A stretch of 64,000 nt of DNA, taken from an uncultured Collinsella sp. Lineage in GTDB: Bacteria > Actinomycetota > Coriobacteriia > Coriobacteriales > Coriobacteriaceae. A program made the position numbers and the translations under genes. A model generated the notes under the pieces. The model was not told the DNA's origin, did no database searches, and saw nothing but the letters and a program-made list of their open reading frames with translations. This document shows positions 52,453-62,416 of this stretch, piece after piece; position 1 is the first letter of the stretch, and each line of letters begins with the position of its first letter. The stretch is from assembly GCA_900757185.1 (NCBI GenBank), contig CAAEMX010000060.1, positions 72,610 to 136,609 on the forward strand, in the 5' to 3' direction.

Positions 52453-53934
52453 ATGGGTAAGCCCGGTGCTTTTCTTGATATCGATCGCGTGACCCACGAG
52501 CTTCGCCCCGTGGAGGAGCGCAGTCGCGATTTCGATCCGCTGTACGTGGAGCTCGATGACGACGCACGTCGCGCCCAGGCGAGCCGCTGCATGATGTGCG
52601 GCGTGGCGTTTTGCCAGATGGGCGCGAGCTTTGGCAAGGCGCGCCCGAGCGGCTGCCCGCTGCACAACTTGATTCCCGAGTGGAACGAGCTAGTGTACCG
52701 CGGCCGCTGGGATGAGGCTGCCGAGCGCCTGTCGCTCACCTCGCCCATGCCTGAGTTTACGAGCCGCGTGTGCCCGGCGCTGTGCGAGGCCGCGTGCAAC
52801 CTGGGTTCGGTCGACGGCCAGCCCACGACGATCCATGACAACGAGCGTGCGATCAGCGACCACGAATGGGCAAACGGTGGCCCGCGCCGCTTTGAGCCGG
52901 CGGGGGAGGACGCGCCCTCGGTCGCCGTGGTTGGTTCCGGCCCGGCTGGCCTGGTGGCTGCATGGGAACTTGCGCGTCGCGGTGCCCGCGTGACGGTGTT
53001 TGAGCGTGACGACCGCCCGGGCGGCCTGCTCATGTATGGCATTCCCAACATGAAGCTCGAGAAGTCCGTGGTCGAGCGTCGCGTGGCGCTCATGCGCGAG
53101 CTGGGTATTGTGTTCGAGCTGGGCGCCGACGTGAGCGATCCCAAGGTTACCGCCAGGCTCGACGACTTTGACGCCGTCGTGGTGGCTGCCGGCGCCCGTG
53201 CTCCGCGTGGGCTTTCGGCTGCGAACATTGATGCCCCGGGCGTGGTGTATGCCGTGGACTACCTGACGGCTTCGACCGTCTCGGTGCTCGATGGCGGTGA
53301 GCCTGCTATTGACGCGCGCGGCCTGGACGTCGTGGTCATTGGCGGTGGCGATACCGGCAACGACTGCGTGGGTACCGCGGTGCGTCAGGGCGCGCGCAGC
53401 GTGCGCCAGTTTGAGTTCTTGCCGGCTGCGCCCGATAAGCGCGCGGCGAACAACCCCTGGCCGCAGTGGCCCAACGTTAAGAAGACCGACTACGGCCAGC
53501 AGGAGGCTATCGCTGCGATGGGTGGCGAGATGCGTGCCTGGGGCGTGGATACGCTCGAGGTGTTGCTGGACAAGAAGGGTGCGGCTGCGGGTCTGCGCGT
53601 GGTCGATCTGGACTGGTCGGCGGGAAAGCCCGAGCGCATCGCTGGTTCCGAGCACGAGGTGCCGGCGCAGTTGGTGCTCATCGCCTGCGGTTTTACGGGC
53701 CCGGAGCACGGTGTGTTCAATGCAGTGAGCGTGCCTGTTGCCACCGCTGGTCGTCCGCTGCCGGTGATGGCTGCCGAGGGTTCGCATCTCGCGGCTCGCA
53801 CGGAGGGCGTCGCCGCGGATGCCGCGCCGGTGTATGTGGCGGGTGATGCCCGCAACGGCAGCTCGCTCGTGGTGAACGCCATGGCCGATGCCCTGGCCTG
53901 CGCAGCCGAAGTCGCCGACGCGCTGGAGCTGTAA
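52453..53934 (+). CDS. gltD: Glutamate synthase small subunit (NADPH)
   Basis: Fe-S cluster cysteines (CMMCGVAFCQ...CP) and the FAD/NAD(P)-binding VAVVGSGPAGL motif. Confidence 0.9.
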   Translation: MGKPGAFLDIDRVTHELRPVEERSRDFDPLYVELDDDARRAQASRCMMCGVAFCQMGASFGKARPSGCPLHNLIPEWNELVYRGRWDEAAERLSLTSPMPEFTSRVCPALCEAACNLGSVDGQPTTIHDNERAISDHEWANGGPRRFEPAGEDAPSVAVVGSGPAGLVAAWELARRGARVTVFERDDRPGGLLMYGIPNMKLEKSVVERRVALMRELGIVFELGADVSDPKVTARLDDFDAVVVAAGARAPRGLSAANIDAPGVVYAVDYLTASTVSVLDGGEPAIDARGLDVVVIGGGDTGNDCVGTAVRQGARSVRQFEFLPAAPDKRAANNPWPQWPNVKKTDYGQQEAIAAMGGEMRAWGVDTLEVLLDKKGAAAGLRVVDLDWSAGKPERIAGSEHEVPAQLVLIACGFTGPEHGVFNAVSVPVATAGRPLPVMAAEGSHLAARTEGVAADAAPVYVAGDARNGSSLVVNAMADALACAAEVADALEL

Positions 53935-53938
53935 AGTA

Positions 53939-54006
53939 GTCATTTAAGAACGTCCCCAATGACTAGTCATTTTTTGTCTAGTCGTTGGGGGCACTCTTTG
54001 CGAGCG
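53939..54006. repeat. GGGGACGTTC-loop hairpin (minus orientation) + gactagtc palindromes + GGGGCACTCTTTG motif downstream of gltD
   Basis: gtcatt-taaGAACGTCCCC-aatgac; gactagtc ... ctagtc; gttgggggcactctttgcgagcg. This is a near twin of the 11482-11542 element. Confidence 0.7.
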
Positions 54007-54287
54007 ATTTACTCGTTTGTCGACGTACGGGTGTTCATTTGGCGACTTCTTGGGCTGTGGTCACCTGTTGTTTCTGTGGTGGCTGCGGGCATCTGGCTCA
54101 AAAGGGCGGGTTGGCTGTCTATGTCTACCTGCGGTTTCTTTGCGGTACGCTCATTCGGTCAAGTGCCCCGTCAAGTGTTTGGTTAGCATCTGGTTTGCAG
54201 CCGAAGGCCTATTTTGCCCGCGCTGGTCGTGGCTGCCCACCCTCCTCGTAAGCTCAAATTGAGGTCCATCAGTTTGAGGAGGATGCC

Positions 54288-54995
54288 ATGACTGACCACG
54301 CTTTTGACCGAGCAGAGCTGGCTGAAGCCGTCGGCAACGATATTGCCGACATGGCTCACTTTTGGATGCTGCGGAAGTTTCAATTCCTGGAGCCGGCGCG
54401 CGAACAGTTCGAGGTCATTGTCGACCCGTGGCTCAGCTATTGCGAGGGGCCTTCTCAAAACGAAATCATGGCCTACAACATGGCGTTTACCGATTGGCTG
54501 CTCTTTGAGCGCCCCTATCGCCATGGCAAAACTCTGCTCGAGCTATATGTTGACGAGCCGCCGGCATCGCTTTCGCCTGCCTCGCTCAAGCGGCTCGAGC
54601 AGGTACGCGACACGCAGTATTTCTCGCGCTTTGGCATTTTGGACAAGAATCCTGCGTCCGGCATGGTCGTGCTGAAGGACACGCGCACCGATCATCGCTT
54701 TGATGTCTACGACCCGCATATCGTGCGGAAGGAGCATTGGAACGACGGCGCGATTGCGGTGCGCCTCGCCTGCGTCGACGATGTCTGGCTTACGGCGGGA
54801 CAGCTCTACCTGTATGACATCGCGCGCCTGAACGACACGGCGGTCGATGGGCCGGGTGCGGTGCATCCCGAGGATCTGCAGGACGGCTTTGACACCTCGT
54901 GCATCAGCTTCTTCTTGCGTCTGGTCCGCGACATCATGGGCGCCCAGGGGCGGTACGTAAAGTCCCTCAACATCTACGAACAGGAGTGGGAGTAG
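54288..54995 (+). CDS. Hypothetical protein
   Basis: A 235-aa ORF with a GAGGAGG RBS; no family recognised. Confidence 0.4.
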   Translation: MTDHAFDRAELAEAVGNDIADMAHFWMLRKFQFLEPAREQFEVIVDPWLSYCEGPSQNEIMAYNMAFTDWLLFERPYRHGKTLLELYVDEPPASLSPASLKRLEQVRDTQYFSRFGILDKNPASGMVVLKDTRTDHRFDVYDPHIVRKEHWNDGAIAVRLACVDDVWLTAGQLYLYDIARLNDTAVDGPGAVHPEDLQDGFDTSCISFFLRLVRDIMGAQGRYVKSLNIYEQEWE

Positions 54996-55035
54996 AGGAT
55001 GGGCGGTTGTCGCCTGCCTTGCCTTCTGCCCTTTT

Positions 55036-55258
55036 GTCTCGATCTGTAACGTTTGGGGACAAAAACCAGTCTATCTGTTACAGACCGAGACGAATGCTTG
55101 GGCGCCGCTGGTTTGTCTAAATCTGTAACGTTTAGGGGCCTGGAGAACGTCTTACTGTTACAGATCGAGACGTTTGGCACCTGGCTGGGGGGGGATGTCT
55201 CAATCTGTAACATCTACAGTCCAAAAATCGGTCTTCCTGTTACAGGTCGAAACGTTTG
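55036..55258. repeat. REPIN/MITE-like palindromic repeat array 3 (3 units), abutting the DUF559 gene start
   Basis: Arms gtctcgatctgtaac / tgttacagaccgagac, with cores acaaaaaccagtc / ccaaaaatcggtc. Confidence 0.85.
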
Positions 55259-56350
55259 TCGGCGGAGGCAACGGTGACGATGGTCCATTTGTCCGATGTG
55301 GTGGTGATGGAAGTGTCTAATACCGTTTTCAAGCACAAGCATACGACTCGCAACACGTTGGCGCGGAATAGGATGCTCGCGCGACTCACGGAGGCGACCG
55401 AGCAAGGTGCGCTGCTCGCAACGCATGACAATGCCGAGCTCATGTGGCTACGGCGTCATGTGGGAACCGATGATATTGCGGAGCCCGAGCCGTATTTGTT
55501 CTGCTTTCAACATGATTGGGGTGTACTGACGCCGGCGGAGCGAGCGCTGCGTACCATCAAAGGGCTTGCAGAGTTTCATCCCGATTGGGCGTTTTGGGGT
55601 TATGGCGCGGCACTTTTGTGGGGTCTGGAGGTGCCGAATGATCTGCTTGGGTCGCGTTTTCTTGTTAAGACGGGTTGTTCGGTGACGTTGAGCGGCGGGT
55701 GCAGGTTGTTGCGTCCGCAGATGGCGGGCGCACTCGAGCATGTTGATGGCGTGCGGGTGACGTCGTTTTGGCGCACGGTGGAGGATTGCCTACTGCGTGC
55801 GCCGTTCTCCTACGGGTTGGCGATTGCCGATTCTGCACTGCGGGCGAAAGGCGTATCACGTGGGGATTTGTGCGAGCGTCTCTGCGCCGATTGCGAGGGC
55901 AGGCGAGGTTATCGCAGGGCACAGGTGATTGCGTCGTATGCGGACGGGCTGTCTGAAAACGGCGGCGAGTCTCGGTTCCGAGCATTCTTTATTGCGTACG
56001 GCTTTCCGGTTCCGGAGCTGCAGGTGGAGTTTCGCGACCCGCTCGATCCGAGCCAGGTGTTTCGCGTCGACTATTTTTGGCGGCTCGAGGACGGGACGTG
56101 TGTCATCGGCGAGCTTGACGGAAAGGGGAAGTACACCTTGCAGAGCGGCGAGGGTCGGGAGTCGGTTGACCCATTCGTGGCAGAGCGTCAGCGGGAATCT
56201 CATCTGACAATGCTCGGGCATAAGGTGCTTCGGTTTACGTTTAACGAACTCAAAGGCCCGGGGAAGCTAGTCGAGAAAATGAGGCTGGCGGGTATTCCTC
56301 GGCAGGTTGAATTGGCTGAGGAGTGGAGACGCCAGTGGTATGGGCGCTGA
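55256..56350 (+). CDS. DUF559 (Vsr/PD-(D/E)xK-like endonuclease) domain protein with AbiEi-like N-terminal region
   Basis: The C-terminus FRVDYFWRLEDGTCVIGELDGKGKY...ERQRESHLTMLGHKVLRFTFNEL matches the DUF559 pattern. The start is uncertain (55256 or 55280). Confidence 0.55.
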   Translation: MSAEATVTMVHLSDVVVMEVSNTVFKHKHTTRNTLARNRMLARLTEATEQGALLATHDNAELMWLRRHVGTDDIAEPEPYLFCFQHDWGVLTPAERALRTIKGLAEFHPDWAFWGYGAALLWGLEVPNDLLGSRFLVKTGCSVTLSGGCRLLRPQMAGALEHVDGVRVTSFWRTVEDCLLRAPFSYGLAIADSALRAKGVSRGDLCERLCADCEGRRGYRRAQVIASYADGLSENGGESRFRAFFIAYGFPVPELQVEFRDPLDPSQVFRVDYFWRLEDGTCVIGELDGKGKYTLQSGEGRESVDPFVAERQRESHLTMLGHKVLRFTFNELKGPGKLVEKMRLAGIPRQVELAEEWRRQWYGR

Positions 56351-56357
56351 GAGGTTT

Positions 56358-56496
56358 TGTCTCGATCTGTAACGTTTTGAGGCTGTTTGAGCTCGTAATT
56401 GTTACAGATCGAGACAAGCCGGTGAAACGTCGACCGAATGTCTCGATCTGTAACATCAGGGGGCCCAATAACCCTGTACCTGTTATAGATCGAGAG
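56358..56496. repeat. REPIN/MITE-like palindromic repeat array 4 (2 units), starting 8 bp after the DUF559 stop
   Basis: Arms gtctcgatctgtaac / tgttacagatcgagac; the second unit is more degenerate. Confidence 0.85.
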
Positions 56497-56645
56497 ATTT
56501 CCCTAGTGCCGCTGGGATGGGACTGCAACGTATTCCGTCCCCCACATCCTCTCTTCCTTCCGTTAACCGATGCGTCTGCAGCAATCCGGCGGGACTAGGT
56601 GATAATGGACAAATGTTCAAGTTAATCGTGAGGGAGGAGCTCGAT

Positions 56646-58016
56646 ATGGCATCTGCCGATCGTTCCACGTTGTTTATCAATGCGACTATTCTGGATGGTT
56701 CGGAGCATATGGAGCCGCAACCCGATATGGCCGTGACTGTTGAGCGCGGCGTCATCACCTGGATGGGGCCGAGTGCTGTGGCGCAGGCGCCTGCAGGTGC
56801 CGAGGTTATCGACCTGGGTGGTGCGTATCTCATGCCCGGTCTCATCAATATGCACGTGCACCTGTGCGGCTCGGGCAAGCCTGTCTCGGCCGGCGATGCG
56901 GGAGCGCTGATGAAGAAACTCGATAATCCCGTGGGCCGTGCCATCGTCCGCCTCATCCTCAAGGGCAGTGCCCAGCAGCAGCTGGCAAGCGGCGTGACCA
57001 CAGTGCGCGGCGCGGGCGACCCGCTGTTTGCCGACATTGCCGTGCGCGACGCTATCGACGCCGGCAAGTATCAGGGTCCGCGCCTGGTAGCGCCGGGAAC
57101 GGGCGTCACGGTGCCGGGCGGCCATGGCGCGGGCTTGTTCGCCCAGGTGGCCAACAGCCCCGTCGAGGCAGCCGAGCAGGTGCGAGACCTGTATGCGCGC
57201 GGCGCCGACGTCATTAAGCTGTTCGTAACGGGCGGTGTGTTCGATGCGACCGAGGTGGGCGAGCCGGGCGTGCTGCGTATGCCGGTGGAGGTTGCCGCGG
57301 CGGCGTGCAAGGCGGCGCACGAGGTGGGTCTGCCGGTTATGGCTCATGTCGAGAGCACCGAGGGCGTGAAGGCCGCGCTTGAGGCCGGGGTCGACACGAT
57401 CGAGCACGGTGCCCCGATGACGCCCGAGATCCTGGAGCTGTATCGCGGCGCCGCGGGCACACAGCTCGAGGGACGCGCGCCGAGCGTGACCTGCACGATC
57501 AGCCCGGCGCTGCCGTTTGTATTGCTCGACCCGGAAAAGACCCATTCGACCGATACACAAAAGAAGAACGGCGACATCGTGTGCTCGGGCATCATCGAGA
57601 GCGCCCGTGCCGCACTGGAAGCTGGCATTAAGGTGGGCCTGGGCACGGACTCAAGCTGCCCGTTCGTGACGCAGTACGACATGTGGCGTGAGGTTGCCTA
57701 TTTTGCCAAGTATGTCGGTGTGAGCAACGCCTTCGCGCTGCATACGGCTACGCAAGTCAACGCCGAGCTGCTGGGGCTGGGCGGCGAGACCGGTACGATC
57801 GAGTGCGGCAAGGCCGCCGATATCCTGGTGACGCGCAAGAATCCGCTCGATGACCTGTGCGCTCTGCGTGAGCCGACGCATGTGATGTGTCGCGGTGATC
57901 TGGTACGCAAGCTCATGGTGAAGCGTATTCCCGAGGTGGACGCCGAGCTCGACGCGATTATGGCCATGCCTGCCGAAGCGCTGGCTGAGGAGCTGGCCCG
58001 CGACGGTGTGGCGTAG
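56646..58016 (+). CDS. Amidohydrolase-family protein (metal-dependent hydrolase)
   Basis: The metal-binding motif LMPGLINMHVHL and the ...HVES...HGA ligands of the amidohydrolase_1 superfamily. A GAGGGAGGAG RBS precedes the start. Confidence 0.75.
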   Translation: MASADRSTLFINATILDGSEHMEPQPDMAVTVERGVITWMGPSAVAQAPAGAEVIDLGGAYLMPGLINMHVHLCGSGKPVSAGDAGALMKKLDNPVGRAIVRLILKGSAQQQLASGVTTVRGAGDPLFADIAVRDAIDAGKYQGPRLVAPGTGVTVPGGHGAGLFAQVANSPVEAAEQVRDLYARGADVIKLFVTGGVFDATEVGEPGVLRMPVEVAAAACKAAHEVGLPVMAHVESTEGVKAALEAGVDTIEHGAPMTPEILELYRGAAGTQLEGRAPSVTCTISPALPFVLLDPEKTHSTDTQKKNGDIVCSGIIESARAALEAGIKVGLGTDSSCPFVTQYDMWREVAYFAKYVGVSNAFALHTATQVNAELLGLGGETGTIECGKAADILVTRKNPLDDLCALREPTHVMCRGDLVRKLMVKRIPEVDAELDAIMAMPAEALAEELARDGVA

Positions 58017-58149
58017 ATGTGACAAAGGGGCAGCTCCGTTGCCGCATGCAAAAAGCCGAGGTCTCAACACGAGGCCTCGGCTTTTTTATCGAACAAATAC
58101 TTAAGATTTGGGACAAACAAACCTGATTAATTTGTCCCGCGTGCGGGTG

Positions 58150-58629
58150 CTAGGAGCGGGTTTCCATCTTGGCGTGGCACTTGGGGCAGGTGACGCGGAT
58201 CTTGCCCTTGCCCTTGGGGACGGACAGCATCTGACCGCAGTTAGGGCACTTAAGGTAGGCCGTGGTCTTGCGGCCCTTCCACATCTTCTTGGCCGTTCGC
58301 TTGGCGCGCTCAAAGTCTTCCTTGCCGGTGCCGGCCGCGCGCGAGGCGTTGGCAGCCGCGGCGCCGCCACCCAAGCTGGCGACGAACTTACCTAGGCCGG
58401 GGACGTTTGCGGTCGCCGTGACAAAGGCATCGTTCTCCTTGCGGCGCGCGTCGATGTTTTTGGACAGACCGCGCAGCACGCCGAGCGCGATCACGGCGAT
58501 GGCGATCCAGCTGAGCCACTGGATACGGGCCATCGACCCGATCATCGCGATGATAATGCCTGCGAAGCCCAACACGACGGTGAGCTCATCGGCGCCGTTG
58601 CGACCCTTCATAAAGTCATTCATGCACAT
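58150..58629 (-). CDS. Membrane protein with C-terminal zinc-ribbon (CPNCG...CPKCH)
   Basis: Two TM helices, a Gly/Ala-rich linker and a C-terminal double CxxC. Confidence 0.5.
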   Translation of the reverse strand: MCMNDFMKGRNGADELTVVLGFAGIIIAMIGSMARIQWLSWIAIAVIALGVLRGLSKNIDARRKENDAFVTATANVPGLGKFVASLGGGAAAANASRAAGTGKEDFERAKRTAKKMWKGRKTTAYLKCPNCGQMLSVPKGKGKIRVTCPKCHAKMETRS

Positions 58630-58702
58630 TGCCTTTCATTCGATATGCTGCACGCCTTTATACCCGATTTAGAGTAAGGGGGACAAGCTCATCTGCACCA
58701 AT

Positions 58703-58735
58703 GTGGTGCAAACGTACCTGTCCCCATTGCACCAA
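58703..58735. repeat. ACCTGTCCCC-loop hairpin (family copy D) between the zinc-ribbon gene and csoR
   Basis: gtggtgcaa-acgtACCTGTCCCCa-ttgcaccaa. An additional perfect palindrome tgcacca-atg-tggtgca lies at 58695-58710. Confidence 0.65.
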
Positions 58736-59008
58736 TTACTTGGCGAGTTTGTCGACGACGCGTTCGATCTCGGCGAGCTTGGCGGCTTTGAGCTCCTCGT
58801 CGCCCGATTCGATGGCCGAGGCGACGCAGCCCTCAATGTGGGCCTTGAGCACGTCGGCGTTAATGCGCGCGAGGAGCGCCTGCGTTGCCATGAGCTGCGT
58901 GGAAATATCGACGCAGTAGCGGTCCTCCTCGACCATCCGCAGGATGCCGTCGATCTGACCGCGTGCCGTCTTGAGCATGCGGGTCACCGATTTATGGTCT
59001 GCCATCAT
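58736..59008 (-). CDS. csoR: CsoR/RcnR-family metal-sensing transcriptional repressor
   Basis: GQIDGILRMVEEDRYCVDISTQLMATQ matches the DUF156 fold with the C-H-C ligand pattern. Confidence 0.8.
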   Translation of the reverse strand: MMADHKSVTRMLKTARGQIDGILRMVEEDRYCVDISTQLMATQALLARINADVLKAHIEGCVASAIESGDEELKAAKLAEIERVVDKLAK

Positions 59009-59056
59009 GGCGGGTTCTCGTTTCTGGTCGATGGGGTCGAATGTCTCTGGTAGCTG

Positions 59057-59278
59057 CTACGCGGCGGTTACGGACAGGGCGTGGAACTTCTCGCCGGCGC
59101 CCTCGACGGCGGCAGCAAGCTGCTCGGCGGTCACGGTGTCGGCGCACTCCACCTGTACGGTCTGAGTCTCGTGATCGGCATCGGCGTCGGTCACGCCGGC
59201 AACGTTGAGCAGTGCCGTCTCGACAGTAGCGTCGCAGTGGCCGCACATAAGGCCCGAAGTCTTAATTGTGTAACGCAT
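59057..59278 (-). CDS. copZ: Copper chaperone CopZ (HMA domain)
   Basis: MRYTIKTSGLMCGHCDATVETAL is the GMxCxxC metal-binding motif. A GAGAGGA RBS precedes the start. Confidence 0.8.
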   Translation of the reverse strand: MRYTIKTSGLMCGHCDATVETALLNVAGVTDADADHETQTVQVECADTVTAEQLAAAVEGAGEKFHALSVTAA

Positions 59279-59425
59279 GGGTATTCCTCTCTGTTGTGTC
59301 GGCTTTCCCAGGCACCCGACCTTGACCTTCAAGCCGTCGCTCGCGTACCAAAGTACGCGTCGCTCCTCTTTCAGGTCAATCTCGGGCACCTGGAAAACCC
59401 GTTCTAAATGGACTTAATGGTGAGC

Positions 59426-61768
59426 CTATTTTGCCACTTTAGGCTTAAAGGATTTCAGGCGCAGCGCGTTGGAAACAACACACACGCTCGACAGGCTCAT
59501 GGCCGCGGCGCCAAACATCGGCGAGAGCTGCCAGCCGGTGAGGGGGAAGAACACGCCTGCGGCGAGCGGAATGCCGATGCCGTTATAGAACAGCGCCCAG
59601 AACAGGTCCTGCTTGATGTTGCGGATCGTGGCGCGCGAAAGCTCGATGGCGCGCGCAACATCCATGAGGTCGCTGCGCATGAGCACCACATCTGCCCCTT
59701 CTTTGGCGATGTCGGCGCCGGTGCCGATCGCAAGGCCCACGTCGGCGCGCGCCAGGGCGGGGGAGTCGTTGATGCCGTCGCCCACCATGGCGACCTTGCC
59801 GCCCGCATCCTGCAACTCGCGCACGTGGCGTTCCTTGTCGGCGGGGAGGACGTCGGCGATGACCTGTTCGCTGCTCAGCCCCACGCGGCGGGCGATGGCC
59901 TCGGCCGTCACGCGGTTGTCGCCGGTGAGCATGCGCACGTCGACGCCGAGCTTGCGCAGCGCGGCGATGGCCCCGGCGCTCGTCTCTTTGACCTCGTCAG
60001 CCACGGCGATGGTGCCGATAAGCTCGCCGTTCTTGGCAAAGAACAGCGGTGTTTTGCCCTCGGCGGCAAATTGCTCGGCAAGACCCGCGGGCACGGTAAC
60101 GCCCAACTCGTCCATCAGGCGTACGTTGCCGGCTGCAATGGCGTTTTGTCCCTCGCGCGCCGTAACGCCTCGTCCAGGCACGGCGGCAAAGTCCTCGACC
60201 ATGCGCGCGACGATTCCGCGCGACTCGCACTCGGCCATAATCGCCTCGGCCAGCGGGTGCTCGCTCGAGCGCTCCAACGCGGCGGCCAGCTTGAGCAGCG
60301 CCTTTTCGCTCATGGCGGGCGAGCCGTCAACGCGCGTGGCCACCACAATGTCGGTCACGGCCGGCTTGCCGCGGGTGACCGTGCCCGTCTTATCGAGCAC
60401 CACGGTGCCCACGCTGCGCAGATTCTCCAGCGCCTCGGCGCTCTTAAACAGAATGCCCATCTCGGCGCCCTTGCCGGTGCCCACCATAATGGCGACGGGC
60501 GTGGCCAGACCCAGTGCGCACGGACAGCTGATCACCAGCACGGCCACGGCGGAGGTGAGCGCCTCGTTGATGCTGCCGGTCAGTGCCATCCACGCCGCAA
60601 AGGTCACGGCCGAAATCACGAACACCACGGGCACAAACACGCCGGCGACCTTGTCGGCCAGGCGGGCGATAGGCGCCTTGGTGGCATTGGCATCCTCGAC
60701 GAGCTGGATGATCTTGGCAAGCGACGTGTCGGCGCCCACGCGTGTGGCACGGAAGGTAAACGATCCGGTGCGGTTGACCGTGGCGGCGTTGACGGTGTCG
60801 CCGGCGGCCTTTTCCACGGGGATGGACTCGCCGGTGAGCGCGCTCTCGTCCACGGCCGACGCGCCCTCGAGCACCACGCCATCGACGGGGATGGACTCGC
60901 CGGGGCGCACGCGCAGCACCTGACCGGGTAGGATGGCGTCGACGTCCACAGTGGCCTCGCTGCCGTCCTCTGCCACGACGGTCGCGGTCTTGGGCGCCAG
61001 GTCGATCAGCGCCTCGATGGCGCCGCCGGTTTTGGACTTGCTGCGCGTCTCGAGGTATTTGCCCACGGTGACCAGCGACAGGATCGTGCCCGCACTCTCA
61101 AAATACAGATTGTCCATGCCCGTCATCATGGCCTCGTGGACCTGACCCGCGGCTAATTGGTCGGCCATGATAAACATGGCGTAGAGCGACCAGGCGATGG
61201 AGGCGGTGGCGCCGACGGCGATGAGGGCGTCCATGGTGGGCGCGCCGTGCGCGAGCGATTTAAACCCGTTGATAAAGTACGCGTCGTTGACGTAGACGAT
61301 GGGGATGAGCAGGACGAGCTCGGTGAGCGCGAGCGTCATGCTGTGGATGTGGTCGGTGAAGACGCCGGGCAGTGGCCAGCTGAGCATGTGTCCCATGCCT
61401 ATGTAGAACAGTGGGATGAGGAATACGATCGAGACGATGAGGCGGGTGCGCATGGCGGAGGCGGTGGCCTCCAGCTTTTTGGTCGGCGACTCCATATGGG
61501 CGGCGCCGGATCTGGCTTGCGCGTTGCCGCTTGAGTTGGTGGCATCGGTGCCCGTGCTGACGGGCGAGGCCGAATAGCCCGCGCGGTCGACGGCGGTGCA
61601 GATATCGTCGGGGGAGACCTGCGCGGGGTCATAGTCGACCATCATGGAACCGGCGAGCAGATTGACCGCGACGCTTTGGACGCCGTCGAGTTTGCTCACG
61701 GCGCGATTCACATGCGCCTGGCAGGCGGCGCATGTCATGCCGCCCACGTCGAACTTATCTTGAGTCAT
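59426..61768 (-). CDS. copA: Copper-translocating P1B-type ATPase
   Basis: The N-terminal HMA motif GMTCAACQ, the CPC transmembrane motif, the DKTGT phosphorylation site and a [10 protein letters not shown] hinge. An AAAGGAGAA RBS precedes ATG 61768. Confidence 0.9.
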   Translation of the reverse strand: MTQDKFDVGGMTCAACQAHVNRAVSKLDGVQSVAVNLLAGSMMVDYDPAQVSPDDICTAVDRAGYSASPVSTGTDATNSSGNAQARSGAAHMESPTKKLEATASAMRTRLIVSIVFLIPLFYIGMGHMLSWPLPGVFTDHIHSMTLALTELVLLIPIVYVNDAYFINGFKSLAHGAPTMDALIAVGATASIAWSLYAMFIMADQLAAGQVHEAMMTGMDNLYFESAGTILSLVTVGKYLETRSKSKTGGAIEALIDLAPKTATVVAEDGSEATVDVDAILPGQVLRVRPGESIPVDGVVLEGASAVDESALTGESIPVEKAAGDTVNAATVNRTGSFTFRATRVGADTSLAKIIQLVEDANATKAPIARLADKVAGVFVPVVFVISAVTFAAWMALTGSINEALTSAVAVLVISCPCALGLATPVAIMVGTGKGAEMGILFKSAEALENLRSVGTVVLDKTGTVTRGKPAVTDIVVATRVDGSPAMSEKALLKLAAALERSSEHPLAEAIMAECESRGIVARMVEDFAAVPGRGVTAREGQNAIAAGNVRLMDELGVTVPAGLAEQFAAEGKTPLFFAKNGELIGTIAVADEVKETSAGAIAALRKLGVDVRMLTGDNRVTAEAIARRVGLSSEQVIADVLPADKERHVRELQDAGGKVAMVGDGINDSPALARADVGLAIGTGADIAKEGADVVLMRSDLMDVARAIELSRATIRNIKQDLFWALFYNGIGIPLAAGVFFPLTGWQLSPMFGAAAMSLSSVCVVSNALRLKSFKPKVAK

Positions 61769-61919
61769 GGCTTCTCCTTTCTGTGACGTAGTGTCGGAAA
61801 TGTTAACCATCCGATACTATACACCCATACCCCCTGGGGGTGTCTAGTAGTAGTTGGAATGTATGATTTTTCATTACAGATGAGGGTGGCTGCTCAATCG
61901 GTGGCCGTCTCTGCCAAAC

Positions 61920-62380
61920 ATCTCGATCTGTAACATCTGGACCGGTTTTTCAACCATAGCTGTTACAGATTTAGACAAACATTTCAGCCGAAAACTAACG
62001 TCTCGATCTGTAACAACTAGACCCCGTTTTACCGAGTATTTGTTACAGATCGAGACAAACAGTTGGCAGGAAACTTAATGTCTCGATCTGTAACATCTAG
62101 CAGCAAATATGACCTCTAACTGTTACAGATCGAGATTTTGTTTTGCGAGGTTTGAGTTTGTCTCAATCTGTAACAGTTAGACCGGTTTTTGGATTCCAGA
62201 TGTTACAGATCGAGACGAACCTTCAGCAATAAACTTAATGTCTCAATCTGTAACATCTGGAGCCGATTTTGCCGAGTTACTGTTACAAATCAAGACAAAC
62301 CGTCCGACGATGACTCAATATCTCGATCTGTAACATCTAGCCCCAGTTTTGCCGAGTAGATGTTACAGATCGAGACAAAC
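61920..62380. repeat. REPIN/MITE-like palindromic repeat array 5 (6 units, period about 80 bp)
   Basis: Six F arms (atctcgatctgtaaca) alternate with six R arms (tgttacagatcgagac). The cores are accggtttttc / ccccgttttaccgag / agccgattttgccgag, and the linkers have the form aaac...aaacttaatg. Confidence 0.9.
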
Positions 62381-62416
62381 GCCGGGGCCGGAAGCCTCGC
62401 CGCGATCCACCGCTCC

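Noticed and set aside
44941-62380. CRISPR array interpretation of the GTCTCGATCTGTAACA repeats
   Set aside because: The repeat copies alternate in orientation (each unit is an inverted pair), the intervening 'spacers' are conserved rather than unique, the period is about 80 bp with only about 20-bp variable linkers, and no cas genes are nearby. This fits a REPIN/MITE-like palindromic element, not CRISPR.
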